Assembly (NCBI GenBank): GCA_041608535.1
Contig: JBFISM010000003.1
Span: 892 to 64,891, forward strand
Origin: Acidimicrobiia bacterium
GTDB lineage: Bacteria > Actinomycetota > Acidimicrobiia > Spongiisociales > UBA5794
Direction: 5' to 3'
Length of the DNA: 64,000 bases
In this document: one piece after another, positions 47,425 through 58,521 of the stretch
How the letters are laid out: every line of letters starts with the position of its first letter
How positions within the stretch are numbered: position 1 is the first letter of the stretch
The notes under the pieces: model-generated
What the model saw: only the letters and a program-made list of their open reading frames with translations
What the model was told of the DNA's origin: nothing
Database searches by the model: none
Position numbers and translations under genes: made by a program

Positions 47425-49748
47425 CGTTCCCCCGTCTTGTCCGGCATCTGCGGGTTCCGCTATTCCGCAGCGGCTATGCGCTCGTCGCCAACACGGCCGC
47501 CACGTCGCTCCTCGGTGCGGTGTATTGGGTGGCGGCTGCGCGCCTCTACGGAGCGGACGAGATCGGAGTGGCCTCTGCCTTGATTGCGGCGATGACGCTC
47601 CTGTCATCGCTGGCCGCACTCAACCTGAACAGCGCACTCAACCGCTTCCTCCCCGCCGCCGGAGACCGCGCAGCTCGCCTCGTGTGGTCGTCGTATGCGA
47701 TCACCGTTCCGCTCTCGGCCATTGCCGCCGCGGTGTTCCTCGCCGGGCTCGAATGGTGGACTCCGGGGTTGCGCATCATCCGCTCTTCGCCGCCGGCAAC
47801 GCTCGGCTTCGTAGCCGCCACGATGCTGTGGACCATCTTCGTGCTACAGGATGCAGCTCTCGCCGGGCTGCGCAAGGCAGGGTGGATACTCACCGAAAAC
47901 ACGGTCTACGGAGTGGTGAAGATCCTCTTGCTCGTGGGGTTCGCCGGTGCGGCCACCGCACTCGGGCTCTTCGCTTCTTGGACGCTGCCGCTGCTGGCGC
48001 TGGTGATCCCGGTGAACCTGGCACTGTTCCGCAGAGCCATCCCGGAGCACCACCGTGCCACCTTCGAGGCGCAGACCGGGTGGACATCGGCGGCGGTGAG
48101 CAGGTTTGCCGCAACCGACTACGTGGCCACGCTGTTGTGGAGGGCCAGTGTGAGCTTGCTGCCGATCGTCGTGCTCGAGGTGGCCGGAGCGGCGGCCAAC
48201 GCCTATTTCTATCTGGCCTGGACGATCGCATACACGTTGTACCTGGTGAGCCGCAGCACCGGGATCGCGCTGGTGACCGAAGGCGCGCTCGAGCCGGGAA
48301 AGCTCGTGGCGTATGCGCGCCGGGTGCTCGCGCAAACCGCGGGGCTCGTGATTCCAGCGGTGGTGGTGATCGTCGTCGGAGCGCCCTGGCTGCTGCGGGT
48401 CTTTGGCCCCGAGTACGCCGCCGAGGGCTCCACGGTGCTGCGGCTTTTGGTGCTCTCGGCGATTCCGCACATCGTGGTGAGCCTGTACGTGTCCATCGCC
48501 AGAGTGGAGCAGTCGTTGCGCTCGATCGTCGTCCTCAATGGGGCGGTGGGTGTGGCGGTGGTCGCAACGACGTTGGCGTTGCTTCCGACCCTCGGGCTCG
48601 CTGGTGTCGGGTGGGCTTGGCTACTCACCCAGACAGCGGCTGCGTTGATCTTGCTGGCCACCAGGCTTCGCTCGCTGTGGATCCCGCCGGCGGCCGACCT
48701 GTCCGTGATGAAGAGGCTGGCTGCGTTCTTCGGTCCGCAGCGGCGCCTGGATCGGGAGAGTGCGGCGGCACGGGCTCGGCTCCCCGAGGTCATCGACCGG
48801 TTGGAGCAGCTCGATGGCCTCGACGCCTGCCGACCGTGGAGAATCGAAGAGTCTCTGCCCACCGAGCTCGATCTGGCGGTCGCTTCGTTGCGCTGTGGTG
48901 GCGACGATGGGCCGGCGGCGGTGGTCAAGCTCGCGGCAACTGCAGGGGCGTCCGCCGGCGTGCTCGCCGAGGCAGCAGTGCTCCAGGAGCTGCGCACCCT
49001 CGATGGGAACTCCGGGTGGCTCCACGGCGTTCCCGCCCTGATCCTCACGGGCGATCTGGACGGCCTTGCCTTCTTCGTGGAGGAGCATCTCGAAGGGTCC
49101 GACGCGCGCCGTCTGGCAAGGTCCCCCGGTGCCCCGCAGCAGCTCGTGACTGTTGCGGCGGAGTGGATCGGTGCGTTCCACGAAGCAACTCGACGGCCCG
49201 TCATCGTCGACGAAGAGTTTGTCGATCGCCTGGTGGACCGGCCGCTGCGAGATCTATCCGACCTGCTCGACACCGGCAATCGGACCCGGCGTCGCCACCA
49301 GCTGGCAGCGGCCGGTCGCAGGTTGCGCGGCGATCTCCTTGGGAAGCGCACGGTGGAGTGTTGGATTCACGGCGATTTCTGGTTCGGCAACCTGCTGGCG
49401 TCGCCCGAGCTCGAAGTGGTCGGAGTCGTCGATTGGGCGCAGAGCGAGCGGCGTGGTCTACCCGCGCTGGACGTCCTCCATCTCGTGCTCACCGCTCGGG
49501 CGCTCGAGCGCGGTGTGTCGCTCGGTACCGTCGCCGTGGAGACGATTGTTGATCAGTCGTGGACACCATGGGAGGAGAGGGCGCTCGCCGTAGCGCTCCA
49601 CGACGATGCGGTACCGCTGAGCACGCTCATCATGCTCACGTGGCTACGTCACGTCGCCTCCAATGTGCGCAAGTCGTACCGGTATCGACGCAGCCTGGTG
49701 TGGGCCACCGAGAACGTCGACCAGGTGCTGGGTGCGGTCGGTGGGTGA
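47421..49748 (+). CDS. Fusion: Wzx-like polysaccharide flippase + APH/choline-kinase-like phosphotransferase
   Basis: 12-14 TM N-terminal half (SGYALVANT, LNRFLP); C-terminal VVKL, WIHGDFWFGNLL, VVDW. Confidence 0.82.
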   Translation: MTFPRLVRHLRVPLFRSGYALVANTAATSLLGAVYWVAAARLYGADEIGVASALIAAMTLLSSLAALNLNSALNRFLPAAGDRAARLVWSSYAITVPLSAIAAAVFLAGLEWWTPGLRIIRSSPPATLGFVAATMLWTIFVLQDAALAGLRKAGWILTENTVYGVVKILLLVGFAGAATALGLFASWTLPLLALVIPVNLALFRRAIPEHHRATFEAQTGWTSAAVSRFAATDYVATLLWRASVSLLPIVVLEVAGAAANAYFYLAWTIAYTLYLVSRSTGIALVTEGALEPGKLVAYARRVLAQTAGLVIPAVVVIVVGAPWLLRVFGPEYAAEGSTVLRLLVLSAIPHIVVSLYVSIARVEQSLRSIVVLNGAVGVAVVATTLALLPTLGLAGVGWAWLLTQTAAALILLATRLRSLWIPPAADLSVMKRLAAFFGPQRRLDRESAAARARLPEVIDRLEQLDGLDACRPWRIEESLPTELDLAVASLRCGGDDGPAAVVKLAATAGASAGVLAEAAVLQELRTLDGNSGWLHGVPALILTGDLDGLAFFVEEHLEGSDARRLARSPGAPQQLVTVAAEWIGAFHEATRRPVIVDEEFVDRLVDRPLRDLSDLLDTGNRTRRRHQLAAAGRRLRGDLLGKRTVECWIHGDFWFGNLLASPELEVVGVVDWAQSERRGLPALDVLHLVLTARALERGVSLGTVAVETIVDQSWTPWEERALAVALHDDAVPLSTLIMLTWLRHVASNVRKSYRYRRSLVWATENVDQVLGAVGG

Positions 49749-49835
49749 GCCTGCAGCGAACACCGGGGGTGGGGGGCGCCGGGGGTACGAAGGCGGCTTC
49801 GGTAGATTGGCCGTTCATCGTCGGGGCGGTTATCG

Positions 49836-51650
49836 ATGACTCCATCGCCACAGGTCGCTGAGCGGCCACCGGTGGCCATCGCTGCCGGTGGATCCGACGG
49901 AGCAGCCGCTGCCAGTGTGTTGCGCCACGGGCTGGTCATCGCCGCCGCATCCGGTGTCTATCTGTGGTCGATAACCAGAGTCGACGCCGCCCACATGACC
50001 GACATGGGCATCATCTCCGTGCTCCCCATCGCCGTCTATGCCGCCCTCATCGTCATGATCGCCGGCTTCGCCACGGCGGCCCGGGTCGACCTCACGGGTC
50101 GAGTGCAGGGCGCATATGTCCTCGGTCTCACGGTGATGCTGCACGGCATGCCACCGCTGGCGTACGAGTTCCTGCGCTTCTCATGGGCGTGGAAGCACGT
50201 GGGCATCGTCGACTACATCCAGCGCTTCGGCGACGTCGATCCGGGAATCGCCAGCCTTCCCGTTTATCACAACTGGCCCGGCTTCTTCGGGCTCAACGCG
50301 TGGATCACCGAGTCGAGCCGGCTCGAGTCGGCCCTGTCGTATGCGTCCTGGTCCCCGATCCTCTTCAACCTGCTCTTCGTCGGCGCGCTGTACGTGATGT
50401 TCCGCGGGTTTACGACGGATCGCCGGCTCATCTGGACATCGCTGCTGCTCTTCGTCCTCGGCAACTGGGTGGGACAGGACTACTTCGCTCCACAGGCGTT
50501 GGCGTTCTTTCTCTACCTGTTGGTGCTGGCGATCTTGTTGCGCTGGTACCCGCAGGATCCGGGCTACCTCGACGACGGTGCGGTGCGTCCCGCCGGTGAC
50601 GTCGTCGCACCAGGGAGCGTCGCCTCGGTGGCGCTCAGCGGCGTGGTGGTGGCCGGACTGTTCGTCATCGCCTCGTCGCATCCGCTGACGCCGGTGATGA
50701 CCGTTGTGGCTCTGGCCGCCCTCGTCGTCTCCCGGGTGATCAGGGTGAGATGGCCCGTGGTGGTGATCGCCGTGCTGACCACCGTGTGGGCGCTGGGTCC
50801 TGCACGAGAGTTCGTGTTTGCCAACCTCATAGAGGCGGCACGTGAGGCCGGGGGCTTCCAGGTCAACGTCGACAGCAACCTCGTGGATTTCGAGATCGTC
50901 AGCCCGGCGCAGGAGATCATCTCGCTGGTGGCCCGGGGGCTGTCGGCGGCGCTGCTGGGGCTCGGTGCGCTCGGCTGGCTACGGCGTCGCCGTCGCGGAG
51001 TGCGTTCCGGGTGGGTGTCGCTGCTCGCTGCGGTGCCGGCGCTTCTCGTCATGCTCTCGTCGTACGGCGGCGAGGTGATATTCCGTGCCTATCTCTTCGC
51101 CCTGCCTTTCGTTGCCTATCTCGCGGCTTCTCTGTGGTTCGCCGACGAGACCGTGGGGCGGCGACTCCTCGCGCGATGGACGTTGGGTGCCACGATCGTG
51201 GTGCTCACCGCGGCGCTGCTCATCGCAGATTTCGGGGCAGATCGCCGCCAGGTTTTCAGTGCAGACGAAGTGGCGGCGGCGAACTTCGTCTTCGAGAACG
51301 CCAGTGAAGGGGCGTTGATCATCGAGGGGACGCGAGACTATCCGCGGCAGCACCGCAATTACGAGAAGTTCGTGTTCCTCCCGCTCGATCGCTCCACACC
51401 CGACACGTTGCGTGGCCTGATGGCCGACCCGGCGGAGAGACTCGCCTCGTGGCTGTCCGACGACGACCGCTACAACGGCGGGTACGTGATCATCACCGAG
51501 TCACAGCGGAACACCGTGTCCGATCTCGGGACGCTGCTCGAGCCGACCTTGGATGCGATCGAGGAGTCCCTCTTGACATCGGAGCTGTTCGAGGTTGTCT
51601 ACGAGTCGGGGACGGCTCGGGTCTTTGCGTTGACCGAGGAGGTGTCGTGA
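49836..51650 (+). CDS. Polytopic membrane protein, putative GT-C / polysaccharide polymerase
   Basis: WAWKHVGIVDYI, YHNWPGFF, WVGQDYFAPQA, SHPLTP; many TM segments. Confidence 0.7.
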   Translation: MTPSPQVAERPPVAIAAGGSDGAAAASVLRHGLVIAAASGVYLWSITRVDAAHMTDMGIISVLPIAVYAALIVMIAGFATAARVDLTGRVQGAYVLGLTVMLHGMPPLAYEFLRFSWAWKHVGIVDYIQRFGDVDPGIASLPVYHNWPGFFGLNAWITESSRLESALSYASWSPILFNLLFVGALYVMFRGFTTDRRLIWTSLLLFVLGNWVGQDYFAPQALAFFLYLLVLAILLRWYPQDPGYLDDGAVRPAGDVVAPGSVASVALSGVVVAGLFVIASSHPLTPVMTVVALAALVVSRVIRVRWPVVVIAVLTTVWALGPAREFVFANLIEAAREAGGFQVNVDSNLVDFEIVSPAQEIISLVARGLSAALLGLGALGWLRRRRRGVRSGWVSLLAAVPALLVMLSSYGGEVIFRAYLFALPFVAYLAASLWFADETVGRRLLARWTLGATIVVLTAALLIADFGADRRQVFSADEVAAANFVFENASEGALIIEGTRDYPRQHRNYEKFVFLPLDRSTPDTLRGLMADPAERLASWLSDDDRYNGGYVIITESQRNTVSDLGTLLEPTLDAIEESLLTSELFEVVYESGTARVFALTEEVS

Positions 51651-52051
51651 GCAGTCCCGGTCTGCACGCGGTGCACACTCCCGACACGAATGCGGGGCGG
51701 CGGCGTCATGGGCTGATGGCGGTTGCCGCCATCGGGGCCGCCCAAGCACTGGCAATCGGTCTGCAGATCGGGACGCCGCTCCAGCCGTTCCTGTCGATCG
51801 TCTTCGTGCTCACCTGCCCTGGGCTCCTCCTGCTCGACCTGGAGCAGCCGACCGACTGGTCGGCTCGTATGGTCATCGGTATCGGCGCCAGCCTGGCGGT
51901 GAACACGGCGATTGCCACCGTGGTTCTGGTGGCCGAGGCGCAATGGACCGCACCACTTGTCGCTCTGGCGCTCGTGGCGATCGCGGCACTGCCCCGGCAC
52001 CGGCTGCAGGGCATCGCCGATCGTGTGGGCGCGGTACTCTGGCCGCGCTGA
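51647..52051 (+). CDS. Small membrane protein of the polysaccharide cluster
   Basis: GTGA overlap; FVLTCPG; four TM segments. Confidence 0.7.
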   Translation: MSSPGLHAVHTPDTNAGRRRHGLMAVAAIGAAQALAIGLQIGTPLQPFLSIVFVLTCPGLLLLDLEQPTDWSARMVIGIGASLAVNTAIATVVLVAEAQWTAPLVALALVAIAALPRHRLQGIADRVGAVLWPR

Positions 52052-52058
52052 CCGGCCC

Positions 52059-52265
52059 TCAGCCGGAGCCCTCGTTCTGCTCGGCGTCGTCGTTCGGATC
52101 CCGGTTGCGCTCCAACCAGCGCCGCACCCACCACATCGGGTCGTACGGCCGACCGGCGTCGGGTAGCGGCTCGCCCCGTCCGGGAAGATCGTCGAACTCT
52201 CCGCGTTCCATCGCCTTGCGGATCTCGCGATCGGCCAGGCTCTCGAAGTGTTCCAAATCAGCCAC
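52059..52265 (-). CDS. DUF1992 domain protein
   Basis: ESLADREIRKAMERGEFDDLPGRGEPL...WWVRRWLERN. Confidence 0.85.
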   Translation of the reverse strand: MADLEHFESLADREIRKAMERGEFDDLPGRGEPLPDAGRPYDPMWWVRRWLERNRDPNDDAEQNEGSG

Positions 52266-52379
52266 GGGACAATGGTGGCAACCAACCGGTAGTGACCCAA
52301 ATCACAGCGCTTTGTACTGAGCGCCCCGACGATGCGCCGCTGGACGACAGAGGTGGAGATCGTGGCCTGGGGGTTCGTA

Positions 52380-52680
52380 CCGAGGCGGCCGGTGGCATCA
52401 CCAACTGCGCCGGGGCCGGCCGATGTGGCTACACCACCCGCCCCGAGCTGGCCTACGCCTATACGCGGCTCCTCACCCAAGACCAGCACAACGGCCGCAC
52501 CTACAACCTGCACGGAGAGGCCATCACTCAATACGAGCTCGCGGAGTGCCTCAACAGAGCATTCGGCACCGATCTGACCTACCCCGATGAACGTCGAGGA
52601 CTACCGCCAGGATCGGATCGCCGATCTCGGCGAATTCATCGGGACCGTGATCGCCGGGGAACACGATGCCTTGGTCGGTC
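52380..52680 (+). pseudogene. C-terminal fragment of an NmrA/QorB-like NAD(P)H oxidoreductase, frameshifted
   Basis: AGAGRCGYTTRPELAYAY...YNLHGEAITQYELA..LNRAFGTDLTY, continuing in another frame as PMNVEDYRQDRIADLGEFIGTVIAG; no Rossmann N-terminus; boundaries approximate. Confidence 0.7.
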
Positions 52681-53186
52681 AGGCGCAGGACGGGCACTCC
52701 GTCAGGTACCCGATCTTGAAGCTCGGACAGGGCGACCACGGAGCCGGTAGCGAGCCCGGTGCAGTCCCCGATGTCGACCTCAGAGGTCGAAGACGCCTTG
52801 TGGCTACCGACTTCGGTGGTACCAGCGGCGCTGGGGCCAGGGCTGCGATCAGGACCGCTGTGACAACAACGTCACTCGACGAAAGCGGGGCACGGGGAGA
52901 TCCTCTCGGTCGGGTCCGTGAACTTGCCCGGCATCGTTGGCCAGAGCGCTCGTTGCGGCAAGGTGCCAACTGGACACGGGCTGGTTGACAAGCGACAACT
53001 CGACACCGCTGTCGTGTTCCGACCATGGACGGTCCACTCTTGACCAGAAGGTCGATCCGACAGAGCCACGGTGGGCTCGATGTGGTGCTGGCCCTACTTG
53101 CGGAGCGGACCGGGTTCGCCCGGTCTCGAACGATGCGACTCTCTCCTTGTCTGGTCATGCCCGGCCGAAAGTGGGCGGATGGGTGA

Positions 53187-54308
53187 TCAGCGCAGCGCCC
53201 GCACGATGCCTCGCAGGCTGAGCCCGAACGTCCGATACAAGCGCTTGCTCACCAGCACCGACAGTGGGAGCAGGCCGACGTGGTCGAGACCCGCGTCCGC
53301 CAGCGCTCGGATCTTGTTGACCAGTGTCGGAGGGGAGCCCCACAGCATCATGTGCTCGACCACCTCCGCCGGCACTGCCTTCAGCGCGGCAGCTAAGTCG
53401 CCCTCGGGGATCGACTCGGGAAGGGCGTCGATGAATCCGCGCCACTCCGGACCGAAGGGATGTTGGGCGCCGACCTCGGCCCACGTGTCGGCCGAGCCGA
53501 CCATCACCGCGATGCAGCGGGTGGCGAGTGATTTGTGGAGAACGCTGCGTGCCTCGGCGTCTGAGCGGGCCAGCACCACGATGCCGAGCAGTGACCAGGT
53601 GAAGTCGTCGAGCTCTCGGCCGATTGCGGCTGCGGCACGCTCGATCGTCTGCCGTCCCTTTTCGTATGTGGCCGGATCGGGTGCGAACGTCGGGAACCAT
53701 CCGTCGGCATAGGTTCCGGCCAGTCGAAGCATGCGCGGCCCGTGAGCGCCGAGCCAGATGCGCGGCTTTCGATCGGCCGGAACGGGCAGATCCAGAATGG
53801 CATGGTCGAGCTGAAAGAAGCGGCCCGCAAAGGTGATCGGTTTCGATGAGTCGAAGCCGGCGCGGATGATCTGCAGGCCCTCCTGCAGGCGGCCAACCGG
53901 CTGGTCGAGGGCCAGGCCATAGGGCTCGGTGTTCTCCTTTTCGCCGGCGCCGAGGCCGAGGATCGGAGGCCGCTTCGCCAGGTGAGCCAGCGTCACCGCC
54001 CATTGTGCAAGTGCAATCGGATGGCGCCGCAGGATGTCGGTGACGCCAGTTCCGAGCTGCATGGAGCCGGCTCGGCTCGCCAGGTGGCCCAGGACCGTGA
54101 ACGGATCGAGGAACTGATGAGGGCTCGGGATGTCCTTGGCGGCCCACGTGTACTCCCGGTTCCAGAGATGGCGGGGAACGAAGTCCTGCCAGTGGTCCCA
54201 CACCTGGAGAGAGCTCACTCCGGCCATCCGGGCTAGACGCGTCACTTGTATGAGCGAGCGGTGTCCCTGATTGGTGGGAACGACCAATCCAACGGCGATG
54301 GGCCGCAT
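53187..54308 (-). CDS. LLM-class (probably F420-dependent) oxidoreductase, Rv2951c-like
   Basis: VWDHW, LDPFTVL, GTGVTDILRRHP, GAGEKENTEPYG, GAHGPRML; SD GGAGG. Confidence 0.88.
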   Translation of the reverse strand: MRPIAVGLVVPTNQGHRSLIQVTRLARMAGVSSLQVWDHWQDFVPRHLWNREYTWAAKDIPSPHQFLDPFTVLGHLASRAGSMQLGTGVTDILRRHPIALAQWAVTLAHLAKRPPILGLGAGEKENTEPYGLALDQPVGRLQEGLQIIRAGFDSSKPITFAGRFFQLDHAILDLPVPADRKPRIWLGAHGPRMLRLAGTYADGWFPTFAPDPATYEKGRQTIERAAAAIGRELDDFTWSLLGIVVLARSDAEARSVLHKSLATRCIAVMVGSADTWAEVGAQHPFGPEWRGFIDALPESIPEGDLAAALKAVPAEVVEHMMLWGSPPTLVNKIRALADAGLDHVGLLPLSVLVSKRLYRTFGLSLRGIVRALR

Positions 54309-54692
54309 CGTGTGCCTCCTTCTGGAGGTCTACTCCGATTGTCCGGATAGCCGTCGCCGTGTGAAGGGTCGAACGGCTGGACATGCGCGTCCGTGCCCTC
54401 AGTTGCAGAACACGGCACCGGCTCCTGAGGCGCGGTTCGCCCTCGCCGCTGAAGATCTGTGGCAAGGCCCCGAGGTTGCTCATACCCGAGCCGGGTCAGG
54501 TTGGACATCGCGGTATGGAGGGCTTCAGCGTCCCTATACGAAGTTCACCGCGATTCAGCTCAGGCTTGCGGTCGTGCTCTAGGTGACCGGCCGCCCATCG
54601 CCAGCCCTGGTCACAGTGGGCGGAGTGCGGCAACCGGCTCCCACGGATGCTACGCGCCCACTACCCGCGACATGGCTTGTTCCTTCTGTGCC

Positions 54693-55934
54693 CTAGCGAT
54701 TCGGAAGGGCCGAGTACACGTAGACGGCTCCAGCGTCTAGGGCGCCCTCGTCGTCGTACCAGGCGCCGACTGCGATTGTGCCATTGTCGATCGCTAGTGC
54801 ACTCCGCCCGAATGCCACGTAATCCGAAACGTCAGTTGGTGAGAGTCTGGCGGCCTCGACCCATGCGCCTCGCTCGTTCTTGTACACGTAGAGTGCGCCT
54901 TCGTGCGCAGTGAACCCGCCGCCTGCGATAACTCCCAATGTTTCGCCGTCGAGCGTCACCCTGCCGAAGAAGTCACCGGCTGCGCCGTCCGAGGCGTTCA
55001 GCTTCGCCGTTGGATGCCAGCCGCGGCGGGAACGCTTGAAGATATAGACCGATCCGGATGCGTCGCCAAGATCATCGTCACCTGCTGCCCCCACCGCGAC
55101 CACGTTCCCTGACACTGCCATGGATCCACCAAAACCGTCACCGTCGGTGCCGTCTGGCGCCGCGATCTTGACCGGATCGTTCCAACCAAAGCGGGACCGG
55201 GTGTAGATGTAGCCGGCGCCTGCATTGGTACCGATCTCGTCGTCGCGGGCGTCGCCCACAACGATCGTCTCACCGTCGAAGTCCAGCTCCCAGGCGAAAT
55301 TCTGGATCCCATCATCAGGAGCGGTGAGCTTCCCGGACTCGACCCACCCGGCGCGCACCCTGGTCCAGATATATACAGAACCGCCGCCGAGGACGTCTGG
55401 GTTCGGTGCACCAGCCACGATGGTGTCCCCAGCAATCCTCACTGACGTACCAAGGAACTCGTCATCCTGAATCCCAGCTGGCACCAGCTTGGCGGACTCG
55501 ACCCAGCCCGACACGGTTCGCGTGAAGACGTACACCGCGCCCTGACGAGCACTGAACACCCCGCCATTGTCTTGATCCGAAGCACCAACCACGATCGTGT
55601 CACCCTCGATGTCAACCGAGTCGCCGAAATGATCGGAATCCTGGGCGTCCGAGGCAATCAACTCAGCGACCTCGGTCCACCCCGACCGCTCCCGCTCGAA
55701 GACAATTACCGAACCCGAGAACATCGTATAGAGATCGAAGCCCGTCTTCGACGCAACCAATGTGTCACCATCAATCGCAGCCGCCTCACCAAAGTAGTCC
55801 CCCGATGCAGCGTCGGAGGCAGTGAGCTTCACCTCGAACCAGCGATCCCCATCCAAACCGAGCGCCGGAACAGACGTTGCCGTCGCAACCATCGCGGTCG
55901 CCAACACCGCAGCCACTGCCACCCGACGCGACAT
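54693..55934 (-). CDS. Secreted FG-GAP (integrin-alpha-like) beta-propeller protein
   Basis: Signal peptide; about seven KLTASD...DxFGxxVxIDGDTIVVGA...GAVYVF repeats. Confidence 0.9.
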   Translation of the reverse strand: MSRRVAVAAVLATAMVATATSVPALGLDGDRWFEVKLTASDAASGDYFGEAAAIDGDTLVASKTGFDLYTMFSGSVIVFERERSGWTEVAELIASDAQDSDHFGDSVDIEGDTIVVGASDQDNGGVFSARQGAVYVFTRTVSGWVESAKLVPAGIQDDEFLGTSVRIAGDTIVAGAPNPDVLGGGSVYIWTRVRAGWVESGKLTAPDDGIQNFAWELDFDGETIVVGDARDDEIGTNAGAGYIYTRSRFGWNDPVKIAAPDGTDGDGFGGSMAVSGNVVAVGAAGDDDLGDASGSVYIFKRSRRGWHPTAKLNASDGAAGDFFGRVTLDGETLGVIAGGGFTAHEGALYVYKNERGAWVEAARLSPTDVSDYVAFGRSALAIDNGTIAVGAWYDDEGALDAGAVYVYSALPNR

Positions 55935-56577
55935 CAAGCTTCGCCCCTCCATACTGATCCCCTCCGCAGGCCGACACCATCTAACCCAAACATACTCACC
56001 GCAAACCAAGGCGAAGATCGCTCTTCCGCTCGCGTGGCTCCGACGGGACAACGTGCCGTCCGATGCGAGCCGACGCACCGAACCTGGCAGAAGTTCCGTC
56101 AGCAACGCCTCGGCCTTCCTTATCGAGGTTCACCGCGGTTGGTTTTGACCTCGAGGCGGCTGTCTAGGGTTGTCGGCGCCGCTCTGAAATGCCGGGCACC
56201 CGGACGAGCGACGGCCCGTCGGCGCGCCGGCGTTGTGGAGCGCCCCGAACCGACGGTCTGCGACGCTTCGAGCGGTCACTCAGCGCCGTCTCGTCGCGCA
56301 GCTTCGCCATCGCTTTCATGACCTTGTCCAGGTCCAGCAGATTCGACTCGTTCACGAGGCTGACGACTGTCACGCATCTCTGCCCGTCGCCGCCCAACAT
56401 CGACCAGGCAGCCGTTGCAAGACCGCTGCCCGATCCCCCTATTGAAGCCCAGGACACAGCACCGAGTTGCGCTGCGTCGTCAACCCAGCTAGCTGAAGGG
56501 AACCCTCCGCCGGAGCAGGGGGTTCCCATACTGATGCGCCTGATTGAGCCTCTTCCGTCACCGCCGGTGGCGTGAAG

Positions 56578-56994
56578 TTACTTGCCAGTCCAGAACACTT
56601 CAGCAGTGGCCGAGAACTCGAGGAGTCCGGTACCGAAATCGGGGTCATCCACGAATTGCACCTCGCCCTCGAACGTGCACACACCGTGGTCGTGGGAGTC
56701 GGTGTTCTTGGGTGCCTTCTTTGTGAACTCGTCAGGTGGCAACACCACCGGTTCTCCCCCTTCCGGTGTGAACGTGGCGTTGAAGACAAAGCTGTACGGG
56801 ATGTACACGCCCGTGCTTGCGGTCGCGAATCCCGGTGTCCAAATCCCGTTGCCGCTGTTGGCCGTGATGGTTCCGCTCGGAACGCCTTCACACACCAGCT
56901 CAAACGTCTCCGCCTTCGGGTCCGCCCCAGCAGGCAGCGCTGCCGCCACCACCAACACGGCCACCAAGGCAAAGACGAGCGAAAGCCTTCTCAT
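56578..56994 (-). CDS. Secreted hypothetical protein
   Basis: SD GGGAG; signal peptide MRRLSLVFALVAVLVVAAALPAGA; two Cys. Confidence 0.8.
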   Translation of the reverse strand: MRRLSLVFALVAVLVVAAALPAGADPKAETFELVCEGVPSGTITANSGNGIWTPGFATASTGVYIPYSFVFNATFTPEGGEPVVLPPDEFTKKAPKNTDSHDHGVCTFEGEVQFVDDPDFGTGLLEFSATAEVFWTGK

Positions 56995-57867
56995 GAATTC
57001 CTCCCTCTGGGACGTGAGGCTTCAGCACGTGGCTGCGTACCTCATATCCACTGCCCTCCATCGCTGATCGGGCCTCCGCCACCCTTGTGAGCTCACCCCC
57101 TCCCCGGGGCATGCAGGCACAGGCCCTACCGCCTTGGTTAGCCGCCGGATACGGCCCGCGGTAGGGTCGAAAGACCATGAGCGAGAGCCATCGACAAGAG
57201 CGCACGCGCCGCACGCTATCGATGTCTCCATCGTCCCCCCCGACTTCGAGAATCCGTCGAGTCATGCTCCCGTTCGACCGTCGAGCGTCGCCGACGAGAA
57301 CGCAGACGAACGAAGACGTCGAGGCGCAATCTGAGCACCTCCCACCGGTCGATGTAGCCGCAGCTCAGGGTGGTCTCGGACTCGCGACGATTCCTTCCGA
57401 ACCGTAAGCCGACCGGACGATCAATGCCAATCGTGTAGCCGTTCGAGATCTACAACAAGGACCATTCGTCCAGGAGACTCCCGTTCAGTAAGGTAGCTGA
57501 GTTGCCTTGTCCGTTCCTCCGAGCTCCGATCACCAGATCGGATACTCGAACGCCCATCTGCTGAGTGCGCTGGATCGGAACATCCAGGTGCGGTTCAGTC
57601 AGCAGCGCCTCAGCGTCCCTATCGAAGTTCGCCGCGGTTGGGTTTGGCCTCGAGGTCGCTGTTTAAGGGAACCTGCGCGCTCGGTAGTGCCGGATAGCGC
57701 GCGGTCAAGGTTGCCCAGATCGCGCGTCGGCCTGAGTGAGCGGGGGGCGTCTATGTATGGCCACCGTCAACACGAGCGAAGCTCCGGAGGCTCGACCGGG
57801 CTTGGTAATCATGGACCCCGATGCGCTTCGTGAAGGATCGGGGATCGGGTTCCGAGTCGGGGGCGTG

Positions 57868-58521
57868 TCAGCATGTGGGGCCCACCAGGCCGGTGAGCAG
57901 CTTGTAGGCGGCAGCTTTGGTTGGGCAGTCGAACTCGACCACTTCCCGGGGCCGGTAACGGCCGTCGCCGATTCCCCAAACGAGGATCTCTGCGGCGTTC
58001 TCCTTGCCGAGCTCTCCCCAATTGCCTTCGTCCCAGTCGGCGAGGCCCAGCAGGTGGAGAAGTGCAGTCTCGGTGTCATGATCGATCCTCGGTTCGATAT
58101 AGGCGTGGGCCAGCTCGTGCCAAAGGGTGCGGGCTCGGGGAATGTGGCGCACATCCGGATCTTGCCGCGGGTAGCAGACGTCGATGGTGGCGGTACCGTC
58201 GACGTACAGCAGGTAGTAGCCGTCGTGGCCAAGGCAGTTGGCGCTGTCCTCGTGGAAGCGGATGGCGACATCCGGGAATTCGAGTCCGGCGTCGGCATAG
58301 GACTCTCGGGCCGCATCGACGGCGGCGGTCTCTTCGGCCGCTACCTCCGGGTCGGCGGCGCTCGATGGCTTTGCCTTGGTTGATTGATCGATGTGAGCAT
58401 GCGCTGCTGTGTCGCTTTGCGCCACTGAGGGGACGATGAGCAGGGCCGGCACAACGGCTAGTGCCACGAGGCGGCCTCGCAATGCCTGCGTGCCACGTGG
58501 TTGTGGGGGGTGGTTTTCCAT
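57868..58521 (-). CDS. Secreted protein with HEXXH zinc-metallopeptidase motif
   Basis: Signal-like LVALAVVPALLIVPSVAQS; RTLWHELAHAY; distal E in KENAAE. Confidence 0.72.
   Translation of the reverse strand: MENHPPQPRGTQALRGRLVALAVVPALLIVPSVAQSDTAAHAHIDQSTKAKPSSAADPEVAAEETAAVDAARESYADAGLEFPDVAIRFHEDSANCLGHDGYYLLYVDGTATIDVCYPRQDPDVRHIPRARTLWHELAHAYIEPRIDHDTETALLHLLGLADWDEGNWGELGKENAAEILVWGIGDGRYRPREVVEFDCPTKAAAYKLLTGLVGPTC

Noticed and set aside
56164-56529. 121-aa ORF and other short ORFs in 56100-57860
   Set aside because: No SD or family motif and atypical composition; may be remnants but cannot be supported as genes.
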